From: a virus
Strand: one strand, 5' to 3'
Length of the DNA stretch: 64,000 bases
Virus record (IMG/VR): IMGVR_UViG_3300042449_000993
Coordinates: 64,001 to 128,000 of that record
Shown here in pieces: positions 49,065 to 58,149 of the stretch; the first letter of the stretch is position 1, and each line of letters opens with the position of its first letter. A program made the translations under genes and the position numbers. The notes under the pieces are model-generated. The model had not been told where the DNA came from, did not search any database, and saw nothing but the letters and a program-made list of their open reading frames with translations.

Positions 49065-49926
49065 GTCAACGTTTACATATGGTGCTGAGATTGAATGGGG
49101 TGATATTGATCGTCGTATGGAGATTCCCCCAACTCTCGGCAAATGGGAATATGCTGAAACAGACATTGTAAATCTTCATCCACCATTTCAATATCGTGCT
49201 TGTGATCCACTTGGCAAAGAGCCATGGATGGGCGGCGAAGTCAATATGATGCCAACTAAAACTTGGCAGGAACAAGTTGATCGTATCATGCGTTTGAAAG
49301 AAATGTTTATTGAGTATGGCAATATGCCTACTGCTTCCTGCGTCAATCATGGACATATTCATGTCTTTGTTCCAGGATTGAAAAATGATATTGATGGACT
49401 CAAGCGTTTGATTGCTTACATTAAAGACAATCAACAAGATACCATTGAAGCCTGTTATCAATTCTATGAAACTTCTGAGATGAAGCAAGTAGAAGGCGCA
49501 AAGATGTATTTGAAGTTTGATGGTGGTCGTCCAATGCCTGACTATATGTGCGACAACATTATCAATCTTGCAACTGACTTTGATCATTTTATTAAATTAC
49601 ATGCTGCTGGCAAAGATGGCGTATCAATGGGTCGACCATTTAGATTTGCCATTAATACTTACTGCATGAAGCATACTGGTACGATTGAGTTTCGCTGCTT
49701 CCGTTCCACAACTAAACGTGAGGAAATGGAATCTCAGTTTCGATTCGTGGAAAAGTTCGTCGACTCAGCACTGAACCAGGGTCCCTCAGTGAAGGAAATT
49801 CTTTCTGAATCTGATTATAAATTTCCACCATTTAAGTGGAATTTGGATGAATATCATGGATGGCAGCAAACCAAATATCCAAAGGAACGTGGAGAAAAGA
49901 AACGCGAGTTCCATGAGGCTGCGTGA
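49054..49926 (+). CDS. Amidoligase (COOH-NH2 ligase, glutamine-synthetase/GCS fold)
   Basis: TYGAEIEW, GEVN, HGHIHV, TIEFR. Confidence 0.72.
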   Translation: MYDKSTFTYGAEIEWGDIDRRMEIPPTLGKWEYAETDIVNLHPPFQYRACDPLGKEPWMGGEVNMMPTKTWQEQVDRIMRLKEMFIEYGNMPTASCVNHGHIHVFVPGLKNDIDGLKRLIAYIKDNQQDTIEACYQFYETSEMKQVEGAKMYLKFDGGRPMPDYMCDNIINLATDFDHFIKLHAAGKDGVSMGRPFRFAINTYCMKHTGTIEFRCFRSTTKREEMESQFRFVEKFVDSALNQGPSVKEILSESDYKFPPFKWNLDEYHGWQQTKYPKERGEKKREFHEAA

Positions 49927-50419
49927 TACAAGTCGCGATGAATTCGTCGCGCATATCACTGAAGATAAAGCAGACTCTTTTGCCAAGACTTTTGTGGCAA
50001 AGGCTGACATGCAGGAACAATGGCAGTACTGTATTGGGTGTTGGGACGGCGGAGAGTTGGCTGGCGCGATTATCACGACACGATCTAAGAAAACTCCATA
50101 TGTCTTCAATCTACAATTGCTTCATACGTTTGCGAAACATAGACGTAAGGGTGTTGCAAGATTACTCACTCAAGACTCTCTTGATCGCGCACAAGGTCTT
50201 GGCACCAGTTACTATCGCGTTTCAGCAGAGCCTGATGCAGTCGTATTCTATGAATCCATGGGATTCAAATTCTTGGGAAAACAGAAAAGTGGATGTTCGC
50301 TGAGTATGTTCAAGATTAATGGCAAGAATTTCGCCGATGGAATCTATGATCTGAATGATCCTGTTATACATGCAGCAGTGTATAAAAAGGGTAAAGGTGG
50401 ATGTGTGCAAGTTTATTAA
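49913..50419 (+). CDS. GNAT acetyltransferase
   Basis: HRRKGVARLL acetyl-CoA motif, AVVFYESMGF. Confidence 0.85.
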   Translation: MRLRDTSRDEFVAHITEDKADSFAKTFVAKADMQEQWQYCIGCWDGGELAGAIITTRSKKTPYVFNLQLLHTFAKHRRKGVARLLTQDSLDRAQGLGTSYYRVSAEPDAVVFYESMGFKFLGKQKSGCSLSMFKINGKNFADGIYDLNDPVIHAAVYKKGKGGCVQVY

Positions 50420-50427
50420 AATTGCTG

Positions 50428-50456
50428 TTTACTTTTGCGATTAGATAACCTATAAT
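50428..50456 (+). promoter_or_regulatory. T4-early-like promoter GTTTACT-17-TATAAT
   Basis: Read directly. Confidence 0.7.
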
Positions 50457-50526
50457 ATATCTGTCGCTAATAGTGGTGACAATTTAACCTTATATGGCAT
50501 AATGTTATTTGCCGAAGGAGTTTGAT

Positions 50527-51840
50527 ATGTTGACTAGTAAAGTGTGTTATGTTTATGGTTTTCGTAACATTGAAAATGGGATGATGAACATTGGTTATAA
50601 GTCCCCCAAAACCGATAAGTTAGATTATATTTCTTCAATCTCTAGTGCCCAGTTCTGGGACGACTTTTACAAGGGTAAACTTGAAAAGTCTTTATTGTTC
50701 GAAGGTAGTGCGCATGAAGACGATATCGCTCAAACACTTGAGTGGTTTGGTCTTGATTATGGCATGTCTTGGAACAAAAATATGTTCTACAATAAATCAA
50801 ACAATGCGCATTGCATTGATGAGTCATTGCTAACTGAAGAACATAAGCAAACACTCGTAGATTGGATTGAGGGTCGTTCTGAAGGCATCAAGCCAACTGA
50901 CCGCTTTGTTCAAGACAAAACAACTGTAACAACAATTCATGAAGCGATAAAGTCAGGTCAATACAAAGTTGTTCTTGAACCTGTCAAAACTGTTCACGCA
51001 TATAAGAGAAATCAAATTCGCGTTGAACAGATTGACGTTAACCATGTTCGTAAGATCAAATCTCGGTTTGATCAAAACCCCAAAGATGCTTGGGATTGGT
51101 TGATGAAAGATCCTGTAGTTGTCGTTGTTTCTCGTCATAAAAACAAAATTGTATATACCATTCTCAATGGGAATAATCGCCTTGAGGCAGTTTCGAGAAC
51201 TGCGCTCAAAGAGATTCCTGTTGTCTATATAAATGAAACTGAGTTTGGTGCTGATGAGAAAACTCGTAATGCCAACTATGATCTGTTTGGTCTTTTAGAA
51301 AATAAAGAGGACTTTATTGTTCGTAAAACCAATACAGATGGTGACATCAAGAGAAATATCAATAACTTCTTGGTGAGCGAAGGATTTGATCTTTCTGATC
51401 CGCTTCAGGTCGACAGTGCTCGTGAATTGATTTATGAACGATTCTCGTTGATCACTGAAGACAAGAAAAAACTCAATGGTTTGTTTCGTTCTATTATGAA
51501 CGATTTTGCAACTCAACAAAATGCTTTAAAGTATCAAGACAATTTGATTGCCTATGATGACAATTTCTTGAACAACTACAAAGTGAAGAAGTATGAGTTG
51601 AAAGGTGTTGCAGCGATTCATGCAACTGCTTCGAAGGCAGAACATGCTGTTGCCCTTGGTTATATCGTTCACAGAATGTACAATATGAAAAAGAAAAAGG
51701 GTGCTATTGTTTTGTATTTCAAGAGCAAGAATGAATTGGCTATTGATGATCAAGAAAAGCACATTGACAAACTTCGTGATATGATTCAATATATGCAACT
51801 TGATGTAACTGTTGATGTCCTCCCTGCGTTCAACAACTAA
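50527..51840 (+). CDS. Protein with a GIY-YIG-like N-terminus and a ParB/Srx-like central domain
   Basis: CYVYGFRNIENGMMNIGYK; PVVVV...ILNGNNRLEAV...EIPVVYI; AAGGAG RBS. Confidence 0.55.
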   Translation: MLTSKVCYVYGFRNIENGMMNIGYKSPKTDKLDYISSISSAQFWDDFYKGKLEKSLLFEGSAHEDDIAQTLEWFGLDYGMSWNKNMFYNKSNNAHCIDESLLTEEHKQTLVDWIEGRSEGIKPTDRFVQDKTTVTTIHEAIKSGQYKVVLEPVKTVHAYKRNQIRVEQIDVNHVRKIKSRFDQNPKDAWDWLMKDPVVVVVSRHKNKIVYTILNGNNRLEAVSRTALKEIPVVYINETEFGADEKTRNANYDLFGLLENKEDFIVRKTNTDGDIKRNINNFLVSEGFDLSDPLQVDSARELIYERFSLITEDKKKLNGLFRSIMNDFATQQNALKYQDNLIAYDDNFLNNYKVKKYELKGVAAIHATASKAEHAVALGYIVHRMYNMKKKKGAIVLYFKSKNELAIDDQEKHIDKLRDMIQYMQLDVTVDVLPAFNN

Positions 51841-52840
51841 AGAGAGGCGCGAGTCATTCATCCGCTGGTATGCGTGGTCGATGCAGTTTGGCGACTGCGA
51901 TCCAGCGGTATGGATGACAAACTATCTCCACCGTCGATACGAACACAATGATGAGGAAAAACTCTGGCTTGCATGGCTTTATGGTAACACCTATCAATTG
52001 CCAACTGCATGGGTTCTAAAAAATGAATTCCCAGACTATGAACTTGCTACCGTTGATCGTATCGAATGGTGGAATAGTCACAACTACAAAAGACTCAGAT
52101 ACCAAGTTGATACAAAGTGGAACAAAGGTCACTTGCCTGCCATGTTCGCATCTTACCAAAAGTTTATTGGCAAGAAAACTCAACGTGAGGTTCTAGAAAA
52201 TTATTATGGCGACAACGAAACGCAATCTTTCCACAATCTTTGGAATAATCTTAAAACTTCTCTTCACAAATTTGGTCGCTATTCCACTTGGTTTTACCTT
52301 CAGCATCTTGTTCATACTGCTGGCATTGCTTGTGTACCTGACAGCCTCATGCTTGACGATTTTGCAGGCTCTCGCTCTCATCGTAATGGTCTGCATCTCG
52401 CCCTCGGGCAAGATGACAAATATGATGTTAAACTCACTTCTGGGGAATGCGCAGACCTTGAAAGCCATGCCAAAGAAATTCTTGAGGAAACCAGATCTCG
52501 ATTCCCTCAACTGAGCAATCAAATCGATTTCTTCACGATGGAGACTTGCCTTTGCTCATTCAAGAAAATCTTTCGTGAACATCATGGTCGATATCTTGGT
52601 TATTATCTTGATCGCCAGTCTGAAGAAATCAATCAAGCAGAAGGCGACGGTTGGACTGGTATTGAATGGAATGTTTTGTGGCAAGCAAGAAATGAAACTC
52701 TTGATCTCAGACTTGCTCCGAGAAATACAATCAACAAAGAAAAGTTTACTTATTTCTTAAGAACAGGTAGAATAGAACGAATGGATTGGATGTTCGATGA
52801 TGAACAACCAGTGAAAGAAGGTTTGGAGGCATTATGGTAA
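51815..52840 (+). CDS. Amino-acid:DNA transferase (aGPT-Pplase clade 2-like)
   Basis: DCDPAV, KLWLAWLYGNTY, FGRYSTWFYLQ, FTMETCLCSFKK, GRYLGYY. Confidence 0.75.
   Translation: MSSLRSTTKERRESFIRWYAWSMQFGDCDPAVWMTNYLHRRYEHNDEEKLWLAWLYGNTYQLPTAWVLKNEFPDYELATVDRIEWWNSHNYKRLRYQVDTKWNKGHLPAMFASYQKFIGKKTQREVLENYYGDNETQSFHNLWNNLKTSLHKFGRYSTWFYLQHLVHTAGIACVPDSLMLDDFAGSRSHRNGLHLALGQDDKYDVKLTSGECADLESHAKEILEETRSRFPQLSNQIDFFTMETCLCSFKKIFREHHGRYLGYYLDRQSEEINQAEGDGWTGIEWNVLWQARNETLDLRLAPRNTINKEKFTYFLRTGRIERMDWMFDDEQPVKEGLEALW
52745..52773 (+). promoter_or_regulatory. Internal promoter GTTTACT-17-TAGAAT
   Basis: Inside the transferase 3' end, upstream of the kinase. Confidence 0.5.
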
Positions 52841-53415
52841 GAGTGATTGCTATGGGTGGTGAGCCAGCAACTGGCAAAACCACTTTGATGTTTAAATTGA
52901 TTTCCATGGCTGATGATTGGGTTACTTCGAAGCCAGAGAAACTTCTTGATGCAATGTATTCCAAGAAACTGAATCTTTATATTCTTGGCAAGTATGTGAA
53001 TGATGGTAATGTGTTCCAGGGCACTGATCGTTTGTCAATGGCAGTTCAACCAGATGCTACTGCGTTCTTTAGTAATCTTGCATATGAATCAAATGCAGAT
53101 GGTCATAGTGTAAATGTGATCTTCGAAGGTGATCGTTTGTTCAATGGCAAAATGCTTGATCGCCTTTCTGAACTATTCCCAAATGATTTCAAGATTCTAA
53201 TCCTTACAGTCAAGGATAGCACTCTTGATCAACGTCACATTGATCGCAAAGATGATCAAGATGACAAATTCAAAAATTCTCGTAAGACTAAAATCTCGAA
53301 TATCATGGGGTCGCTGACACTCATGGACTATATAGAGACAATGGTCAACGAAAATCTCGATGATCAGTCTAAGATTATTGATCATATTAGAAAATTTTAC
53401 AACTGGAGTGAATAA
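52834..53415 (+). CDS. P-loop nucleotide/DNA kinase of the base-modification-associated type
   Basis: GGEPATGKTT, LGKY, FQGTDRLS, IFEGDRL; overlaps the transferase. Confidence 0.75.
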   Translation: MVRVIAMGGEPATGKTTLMFKLISMADDWVTSKPEKLLDAMYSKKLNLYILGKYVNDGNVFQGTDRLSMAVQPDATAFFSNLAYESNADGHSVNVIFEGDRLFNGKMLDRLSELFPNDFKILILTVKDSTLDQRHIDRKDDQDDKFKNSRKTKISNIMGSLTLMDYIETMVNENLDDQSKIIDHIRKFYNWSE

Positions 53416-53417
53416 TT

Positions 53418-54257
53418 ATGCAGTTAGAAGTTAAGGTTGAGGATTTGCGCAAAAACAAACTCTTTGTCGCAACTCCGATGTACGGTGGTATGGCGCATGG
53501 TATGTATTTGAAGTCTTGTTTAGACTTGCAAGCATTGTGCGCTCAATATGGCATTGAAGTTCGTTTCTCTTTCATCTTCAATGAATCTCTTATCACTCGC
53601 GCTCGCAATTATCTTGTAGATGAATTCCTTCGTGCAGAAGGTTACACTCATCTCTTATTCATCGACGCTGATATTCATTTTGATCCGCGTGATGTTGTTG
53701 CATTGCTTGCTCTTGATAAGGATGTTATTGGTGGTCCATATCCAAAGAAATCCATTAAGTGGGGTGCTGTGAAGGAAGCTGTGAAGCGTCATCCTGACAT
53801 TGAGCCTCTTGAAATGGAAAAGGTTGCTGGTGATTTCGTATTCAATCCAGCACCAGGCACTGAAAAATTCTCTGTTGCTGAACCAATTGAAGTTCTTGAA
53901 ATTGGTACTGGCTTCATGCTCGTCAAACGTGAAGTCTTTGATAAATTTAAAGAAGCCTATCCTGAGTTTAGTTATCGTCCAGACCATGTTGGTCAAGCCA
54001 ACTTCGATGGTAAGCGATACATTCACGCCTATTTCGATACCGTCATTGATCGCAAGCGTGTGGTCATGATGGATGGTATTGAGAAGGAAGTTGGTGGATC
54101 AGATCGCTACTTGTCTGAAGATTATATGTTCTGCCAGTGGTGGCGTCATCTTGGTGGTAAAATTTGGCTCTGCCCATGGATGAAAACACATCATATCGGC
54201 ACTTATGCATTCACTGGTGATATGCCTGCAGTTGCCAATTGGGTCGGTTCTCTTTAA
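53418..54257 (+). CDS. GT-A fold glycosyltransferase-like protein
   Basis: LFVATPMYGG, SLITRARN, LLFIDAD (DxD), GTGFML, LSEDYMFC. Confidence 0.7.
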   Translation: MQLEVKVEDLRKNKLFVATPMYGGMAHGMYLKSCLDLQALCAQYGIEVRFSFIFNESLITRARNYLVDEFLRAEGYTHLLFIDADIHFDPRDVVALLALDKDVIGGPYPKKSIKWGAVKEAVKRHPDIEPLEMEKVAGDFVFNPAPGTEKFSVAEPIEVLEIGTGFMLVKREVFDKFKEAYPEFSYRPDHVGQANFDGKRYIHAYFDTVIDRKRVVMMDGIEKEVGGSDRYLSEDYMFCQWWRHLGGKIWLCPWMKTHHIGTYAFTGDMPAVANWVGSL

Positions 54258-54272
54258 TAAAGAGATTTTGTT

Positions 54273-54941
54273 ATGATTGTAGGTTTAGTTGGCTTTATTG
54301 GAGCAGGTAAAGGCACAGTTGCAGATCTCTTGGTGGATCGTCATGATTTCGTCAAAGAGAGTTATGCGAATAGCGTCAAAGACGCCTGTGCCACGATCTT
54401 CGGTTGGAATCGTTCCATGCTTGAAGGTGACACTCCAGGATCTAGAGCATGGCGTGAGCAGCCAGATAAGTGGTGGTCAGAAAAATTCGGTTGTGAGTTT
54501 TCACCAAGATTGGCTCTCCAACTAATGGGCACAGAGGCAGGTCGTGATGTATTTCACCCTGACCTCTGGGTTCATACTGTGATGCGACGCTGCGAACAAG
54601 CACCATGGAATAACTATGTGATTGCTGATGTTCGTTTCCCAAATGAAATTGATGCAATCGTAAAATCAGGTGGCAAAGTTATTCGCGTTCGTCGTGGTGA
54701 TGATCCTGAGTGGTATAGTCTTGCTCGTGAATGCAATCTTTATAACAAACAAGAAATAATGCGCAATGCATATCCAGAAATTCATTTCAGTGAATGGGCT
54801 TGGATTGGTTCGCATTATGATATTGTGATGGATAATAATTGTTCGTTGGATGAGTTGACTGTGAGAGTTGACAAGTTGGTTGATTCGTTATATAATAATC
54901 GTGTTGAAGCAAATGAGGTCGTTAATTATGAAACTTTCTGA
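54273..54941 (+). CDS. Deoxynucleoside monophosphate kinase (T4 gp1-like)
   Basis: GFIGAGKGT, PRLALQLMGTE, IADVRFPNE. Confidence 0.9.
   Translation: MIVGLVGFIGAGKGTVADLLVDRHDFVKESYANSVKDACATIFGWNRSMLEGDTPGSRAWREQPDKWWSEKFGCEFSPRLALQLMGTEAGRDVFHPDLWVHTVMRRCEQAPWNNYVIADVRFPNEIDAIVKSGGKVIRVRRGDDPEWYSLARECNLYNKQEIMRNAYPEIHFSEWAWIGSHYDIVMDNNCSLDELTVRVDKLVDSLYNNRVEANEVVNYETF
54868..54896 (+). promoter_or_regulatory. Consensus sigma70 promoter TTGACA-17-TATAAT upstream of gp45
   Basis: Perfect consensus inside the kinase 3' end. Confidence 0.75.
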
Positions 54942-55602
54942 TGATACTGTGCAAGTCCTGAAAAACTTTTCAGGCATTAATCAAAGTTTGCAGTTCAAGT
55001 CTGGCAATACTTTGAAAACTATTTCTCCACTCAAGACAATCTTCGTTGAAGCAACTGTTGGTGAGAGTTTTCCAAAAGAGTTCGCTCTTTATGATTTGAA
55101 CAAACTTTTGGCAAAGGTATCTTTGTACAAGGATGCCGAGTTGTCGTTTGACGATGACAAACTCAATATTAGTGCAAACAAGAAGTCTGATTACATCAAG
55201 TATTGCTCGCCGAAAGTTATTGTAACTCCACCTGAGAAGGCAATCACGTTTGGTGAGCCTGATTGTTCATTCAGTCTTTCGCAAGAAGATCTTGATTGGA
55301 TGCGTAAGAGTGCTGGCATCTCTGGTTCGCCCAACTTCGTGTTTGAAAGCGATGGTTCCACAATTCACTTCATTGCTACAGACGTGAAGGATGATTCTGC
55401 TGATCAGTCCAAGATTGAAATTGGTACTGCTGAGAATGGTAAGGAATTCAAAGTTGTGATGAAGGTCGAAAACTTCAAGTTACTTGAAGGTTCGTATGAC
55501 GTTGCAATTGCCAAGAAAGGTCTTGCTCGATTTAAGCACAAAACTGTTGACATCACCTATTACATTGCGATTGAAGCCGCAAGTTCAACTTTCGGAGAAT
55601 AA
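54928..55602 (+). CDS. gp45: Sliding clamp gp45
   Basis: MKLSDDTVQVLKNFSGINQS, FALYDLN, YYIAIE. Confidence 0.94.
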   Translation: MKLSDDTVQVLKNFSGINQSLQFKSGNTLKTISPLKTIFVEATVGESFPKEFALYDLNKLLAKVSLYKDAELSFDDDKLNISANKKSDYIKYCSPKVIVTPPEKAITFGEPDCSFSLSQEDLDWMRKSAGISGSPNFVFESDGSTIHFIATDVKDDSADQSKIEIGTAENGKEFKVVMKVENFKLLEGSYDVAIAKKGLARFKHKTVDITYYIAIEAASSTFGE

Positions 55603-55841
55603 TGATGGCACTTGATAAAGTAAAGGTATTGGGATGCCTTCAAGAAATCTCCAACTCACTCACTCGTATTGAGGCTGAACGTGATCTGATTAAAGACATT
55701 CTTCAGAAGATGCAAGACGAATGTGAGATTCCAAAGAAGTTGGCTCGTAAACTGGCGCGTGTTTACCACAAACGTAATTATGAGGAAGAAGTCGCAGAGC
55801 AGAGCGATTTCCAAACCATTTACGAAAACGTGGCTAAATAA
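55602..55841 (+). CDS. dsDNA-binding protein (T4 DsbA/GapR-like)
   Basis: RIEAERDLIKDI...KLARKLARVYHKRNYEEE. Confidence 0.65.
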   Translation: MMALDKVKVLGCLQEISNSLTRIEAERDLIKDILQKMQDECEIPKKLARKLARVYHKRNYEEEVAEQSDFQTIYENVAK

Positions 55842-55942
55842 AAATATTGGGGTGCAATACTCTAAGTTGACGGCACTATCCGCCAGACTGCTCGCCGTGG
55901 GAGTTCACCTTCCCCACCCCATCTTCTCTTCGGAGTTATATT

Positions 55943-56110
55943 ATGCATAAAGATGATCTAAAAGTATTGATTATTATTCTTTTATTCGCCGCATTCGCTC
56001 TCGTCAACACATTTTTTCTTTGGGTTCCTGCATCAGCACCACCTGTAATGTTGGTGTTGTTCGTTGGATTGTATTCGATATGGGAGCATAAGTATGGCAA
56101 CAAGGCGTAA
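55943..56110 (+). CDS. Small two-TM membrane protein (55 aa, not in the ORF track)
   Basis: GGAG RBS; MHKDDLKVLIIILLFAAFALVNTFFLWVPASAPPVMLVLFVGLYSIWEHKYGNKA. Confidence 0.6.
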   Translation: MHKDDLKVLIIILLFAAFALVNTFFLWVPASAPPVMLVLFVGLYSIWEHKYGNKA

Positions 56111-56414
56111 TTTTTTCAAGTATCTTGGTCTTGCTGGTGGTGTTGCTGGCGGTGGTATTGTAGCCGCCGCCGCTGTTCTTCCTGATGCTGATAAGTGTAA
56201 GGCAATAGAAGAAATTAAAGCCGCTGGTTACAATGGCAAGTTAAACATTGGCACTGAGTATGGTGAACTTGCATCACCAGACGGCACTATCAGTTGTGGT
56301 CCCAAATTTGTTCCAGGAACACAAAAGCATGTAACCGCAAGTATGACCGTCGGTCCTGATGGCGAGATGTACTTGATGACAAACGGAAAATGGCGTAGAA
56401 TAGTGACTGAATAA
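56094..56414 (+). CDS. Small protein with a twin-arginine (Tat) signal peptide
   Basis: MATRRNFFKYLGLAGGVAGGGIVAAAA; GGAG RBS. Confidence 0.7.
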   Translation: MATRRNFFKYLGLAGGVAGGGIVAAAAVLPDADKCKAIEEIKAAGYNGKLNIGTEYGELASPDGTISCGPKFVPGTQKHVTASMTVGPDGEMYLMTNGKWRRIVTE

Positions 56415-56432
56415 ACAATCAGGAGTTACATT

Positions 56433-57371
56433 ATGAATGAAGCGTTGTGGGTTGAAAAATACCGTCCTCATACTATTGCCGATTGTATTCTTCCTGATGA
56501 ATACAAGGCAACTTTCCAATCTTATGTTGATCGCAAAGAGATTCCCCATCTCTTGCTTTGCGGTGGTCCAGGCACAGGCAAGACCACAGTCGCACGTGCA
56601 TTGTGTGATGAAATTGGCTGTGATTATCTAATGATCAATGGCTCGGATGAATCAGGCATTGACACATTCAGAACAAAGATCAAAAACTATGCCAGTGCAA
56701 TGTCAATGACTGGTGGCAAGAAAGTCATCATCATTGATGAAGCAGATTATCTAAATCCAAACTCAACTCAGCCAGCCATGCGTGCGGCAATGGAAGAGTT
56801 TGCGCATAACTGTACGTTCATCATGACTTGTAATTTCAAGAATCGTATCATTGAACCATTGCATAGTCGTTGCGCTGTTATTGAATTTAAACTGCGCAAA
56901 GAGGATAAGCCAAAGATGGCTGCTTCGTTTATGAAGCGTGCTGCTGAGATTTTGGCGAATGAAAAAGTTCCTTATGATAAGGCAGTTCTTGTTGAAGTTG
57001 TCAAGAAGCACTTCCCAGATTATCGTCGCATTCTGAATGAACTTCAGAGATATTCTGTTAGCGGTAGAATTGACACTGGTATTCTCACGAGCATTGCTGA
57101 TGTTTCTTTAAATGATCTTGTGACGTCACTCAAAGATCAAAACTTCAGCGCAATGCGTAAGTGGGTTGCTGACTTTGGTGGTGATGATCCTGCAAAGATC
57201 TATCGTAAAATCTATGACAGTCTGTATGACATTATGGACAAGTCTACGATTCCAAATGCTGTGCTAATCCTCGCCAAGTATCAATATCAAGCAGCGTTTG
57301 TCGCCGATCAGGAACTGAACCTCACCGCATGTCTAACCGAGATGATGGTGGAGTGTAAGTTCAATGGCTGA
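56433..57371 (+). CDS. gp44: Clamp loader large subunit gp44
   Basis: LWVEKYRP, GPGTGKTT, IIDEAD, SRC. Confidence 0.96.
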   Translation: MNEALWVEKYRPHTIADCILPDEYKATFQSYVDRKEIPHLLLCGGPGTGKTTVARALCDEIGCDYLMINGSDESGIDTFRTKIKNYASAMSMTGGKKVIIIDEADYLNPNSTQPAMRAAMEEFAHNCTFIMTCNFKNRIIEPLHSRCAVIEFKLRKEDKPKMAASFMKRAAEILANEKVPYDKAVLVEVVKKHFPDYRRILNELQRYSVSGRIDTGILTSIADVSLNDLVTSLKDQNFSAMRKWVADFGGDDPAKIYRKIYDSLYDIMDKSTIPNAVLILAKYQYQAAFVADQELNLTACLTEMMVECKFNG

Positions 57372-57741
57372 TCTATTTAAAGAAATCATTCCGTCTATTC
57401 TACAGACGAAAGAATATGCGCTCCTGACAGAACAGGATGAAAAGACATATTCATCGTTTATGGTGAATCGTGCACTCTCATTTCATCGCGATACCGTTTT
57501 ATTCGCAAATGAGATGAATAAGTACCCGAATCTCGATAATAAACTCAAATATGACTTTCTCCTAAATATAATACGAGCCCAAAAGCGTCCATACTCAAAG
57601 TGGCACAAGAAGGCTAAAAGCAGTGATTTGGAAGCGGTCAAAGAATATTATGGTTACTCCGATGCAAAGGCAGAGGAAGCATTAAAAATTCTAGACGACG
57701 CTCAAATCGAATTGATAAAAGAACAATTATATAAGGGTTAG
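57364..57741 (+). CDS. gp62: Clamp loader small subunit gp62
   Basis: FMVNRALS, ANEMN, VKEYYGYS. Confidence 0.92.
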   Translation: MADLFKEIIPSILQTKEYALLTEQDEKTYSSFMVNRALSFHRDTVLFANEMNKYPNLDNKLKYDFLLNIIRAQKRPYSKWHKKAKSSDLEAVKEYYGYSDAKAEEALKILDDAQIELIKEQLYKG

Positions 57742-57744
57742 AAC

Positions 57745-58146
57745 ATGAGCGTTGATAAACTAGTTGAAGTCACTCTTGGGCAGCAGGATGATTTTCTAAA
57801 AGTTCGCGAGACACTCACTCGCATTGGTGTAGCAGCAAAAAACGATAACATCCTATACCAATCCTGCCACATTCTTCATAAACAAGGAAAGTATTATATC
57901 GTTCATTTCAAGGAACTCTTTGAATTGGACGGTAAGCCATCAAACATGTCAGATAATGACATTCAGCGACGCAACACGATTGCGAATCTAATGGCTGAGT
58001 GGGGACTAGTCAAACTCGTAGATCCAGATAAGACAAAGGATAATGTCGCACCATTAAGTCAGATTAAAATTCTTCCATTCAAAGAGAAGAACGATTGGCA
58101 ATTGGTTTCCAAGTATACAATCGGGAAGAAAAAGAAGGAAGGATAA
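57745..58146 (+). CDS. regA: Translational repressor RegA
   Basis: DFLKVRETLTRIG, LYQSCHILHKQGKYYIVHFKELF. Confidence 0.96.
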   Translation: MSVDKLVEVTLGQQDDFLKVRETLTRIGVAAKNDNILYQSCHILHKQGKYYIVHFKELFELDGKPSNMSDNDIQRRNTIANLMAEWGLVKLVDPDKTKDNVAPLSQIKILPFKEKNDWQLVSKYTIGKKKKEG

Positions 58147-58149
58147 TTT

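Noticed and set aside
55848-55921. tRNA gene
   Set aside because: Size and outer 7-bp stem are suggestive, but I could not build a cloverleaf with a proper T-arm and anticodon arm; kept only as an unknown structured element.
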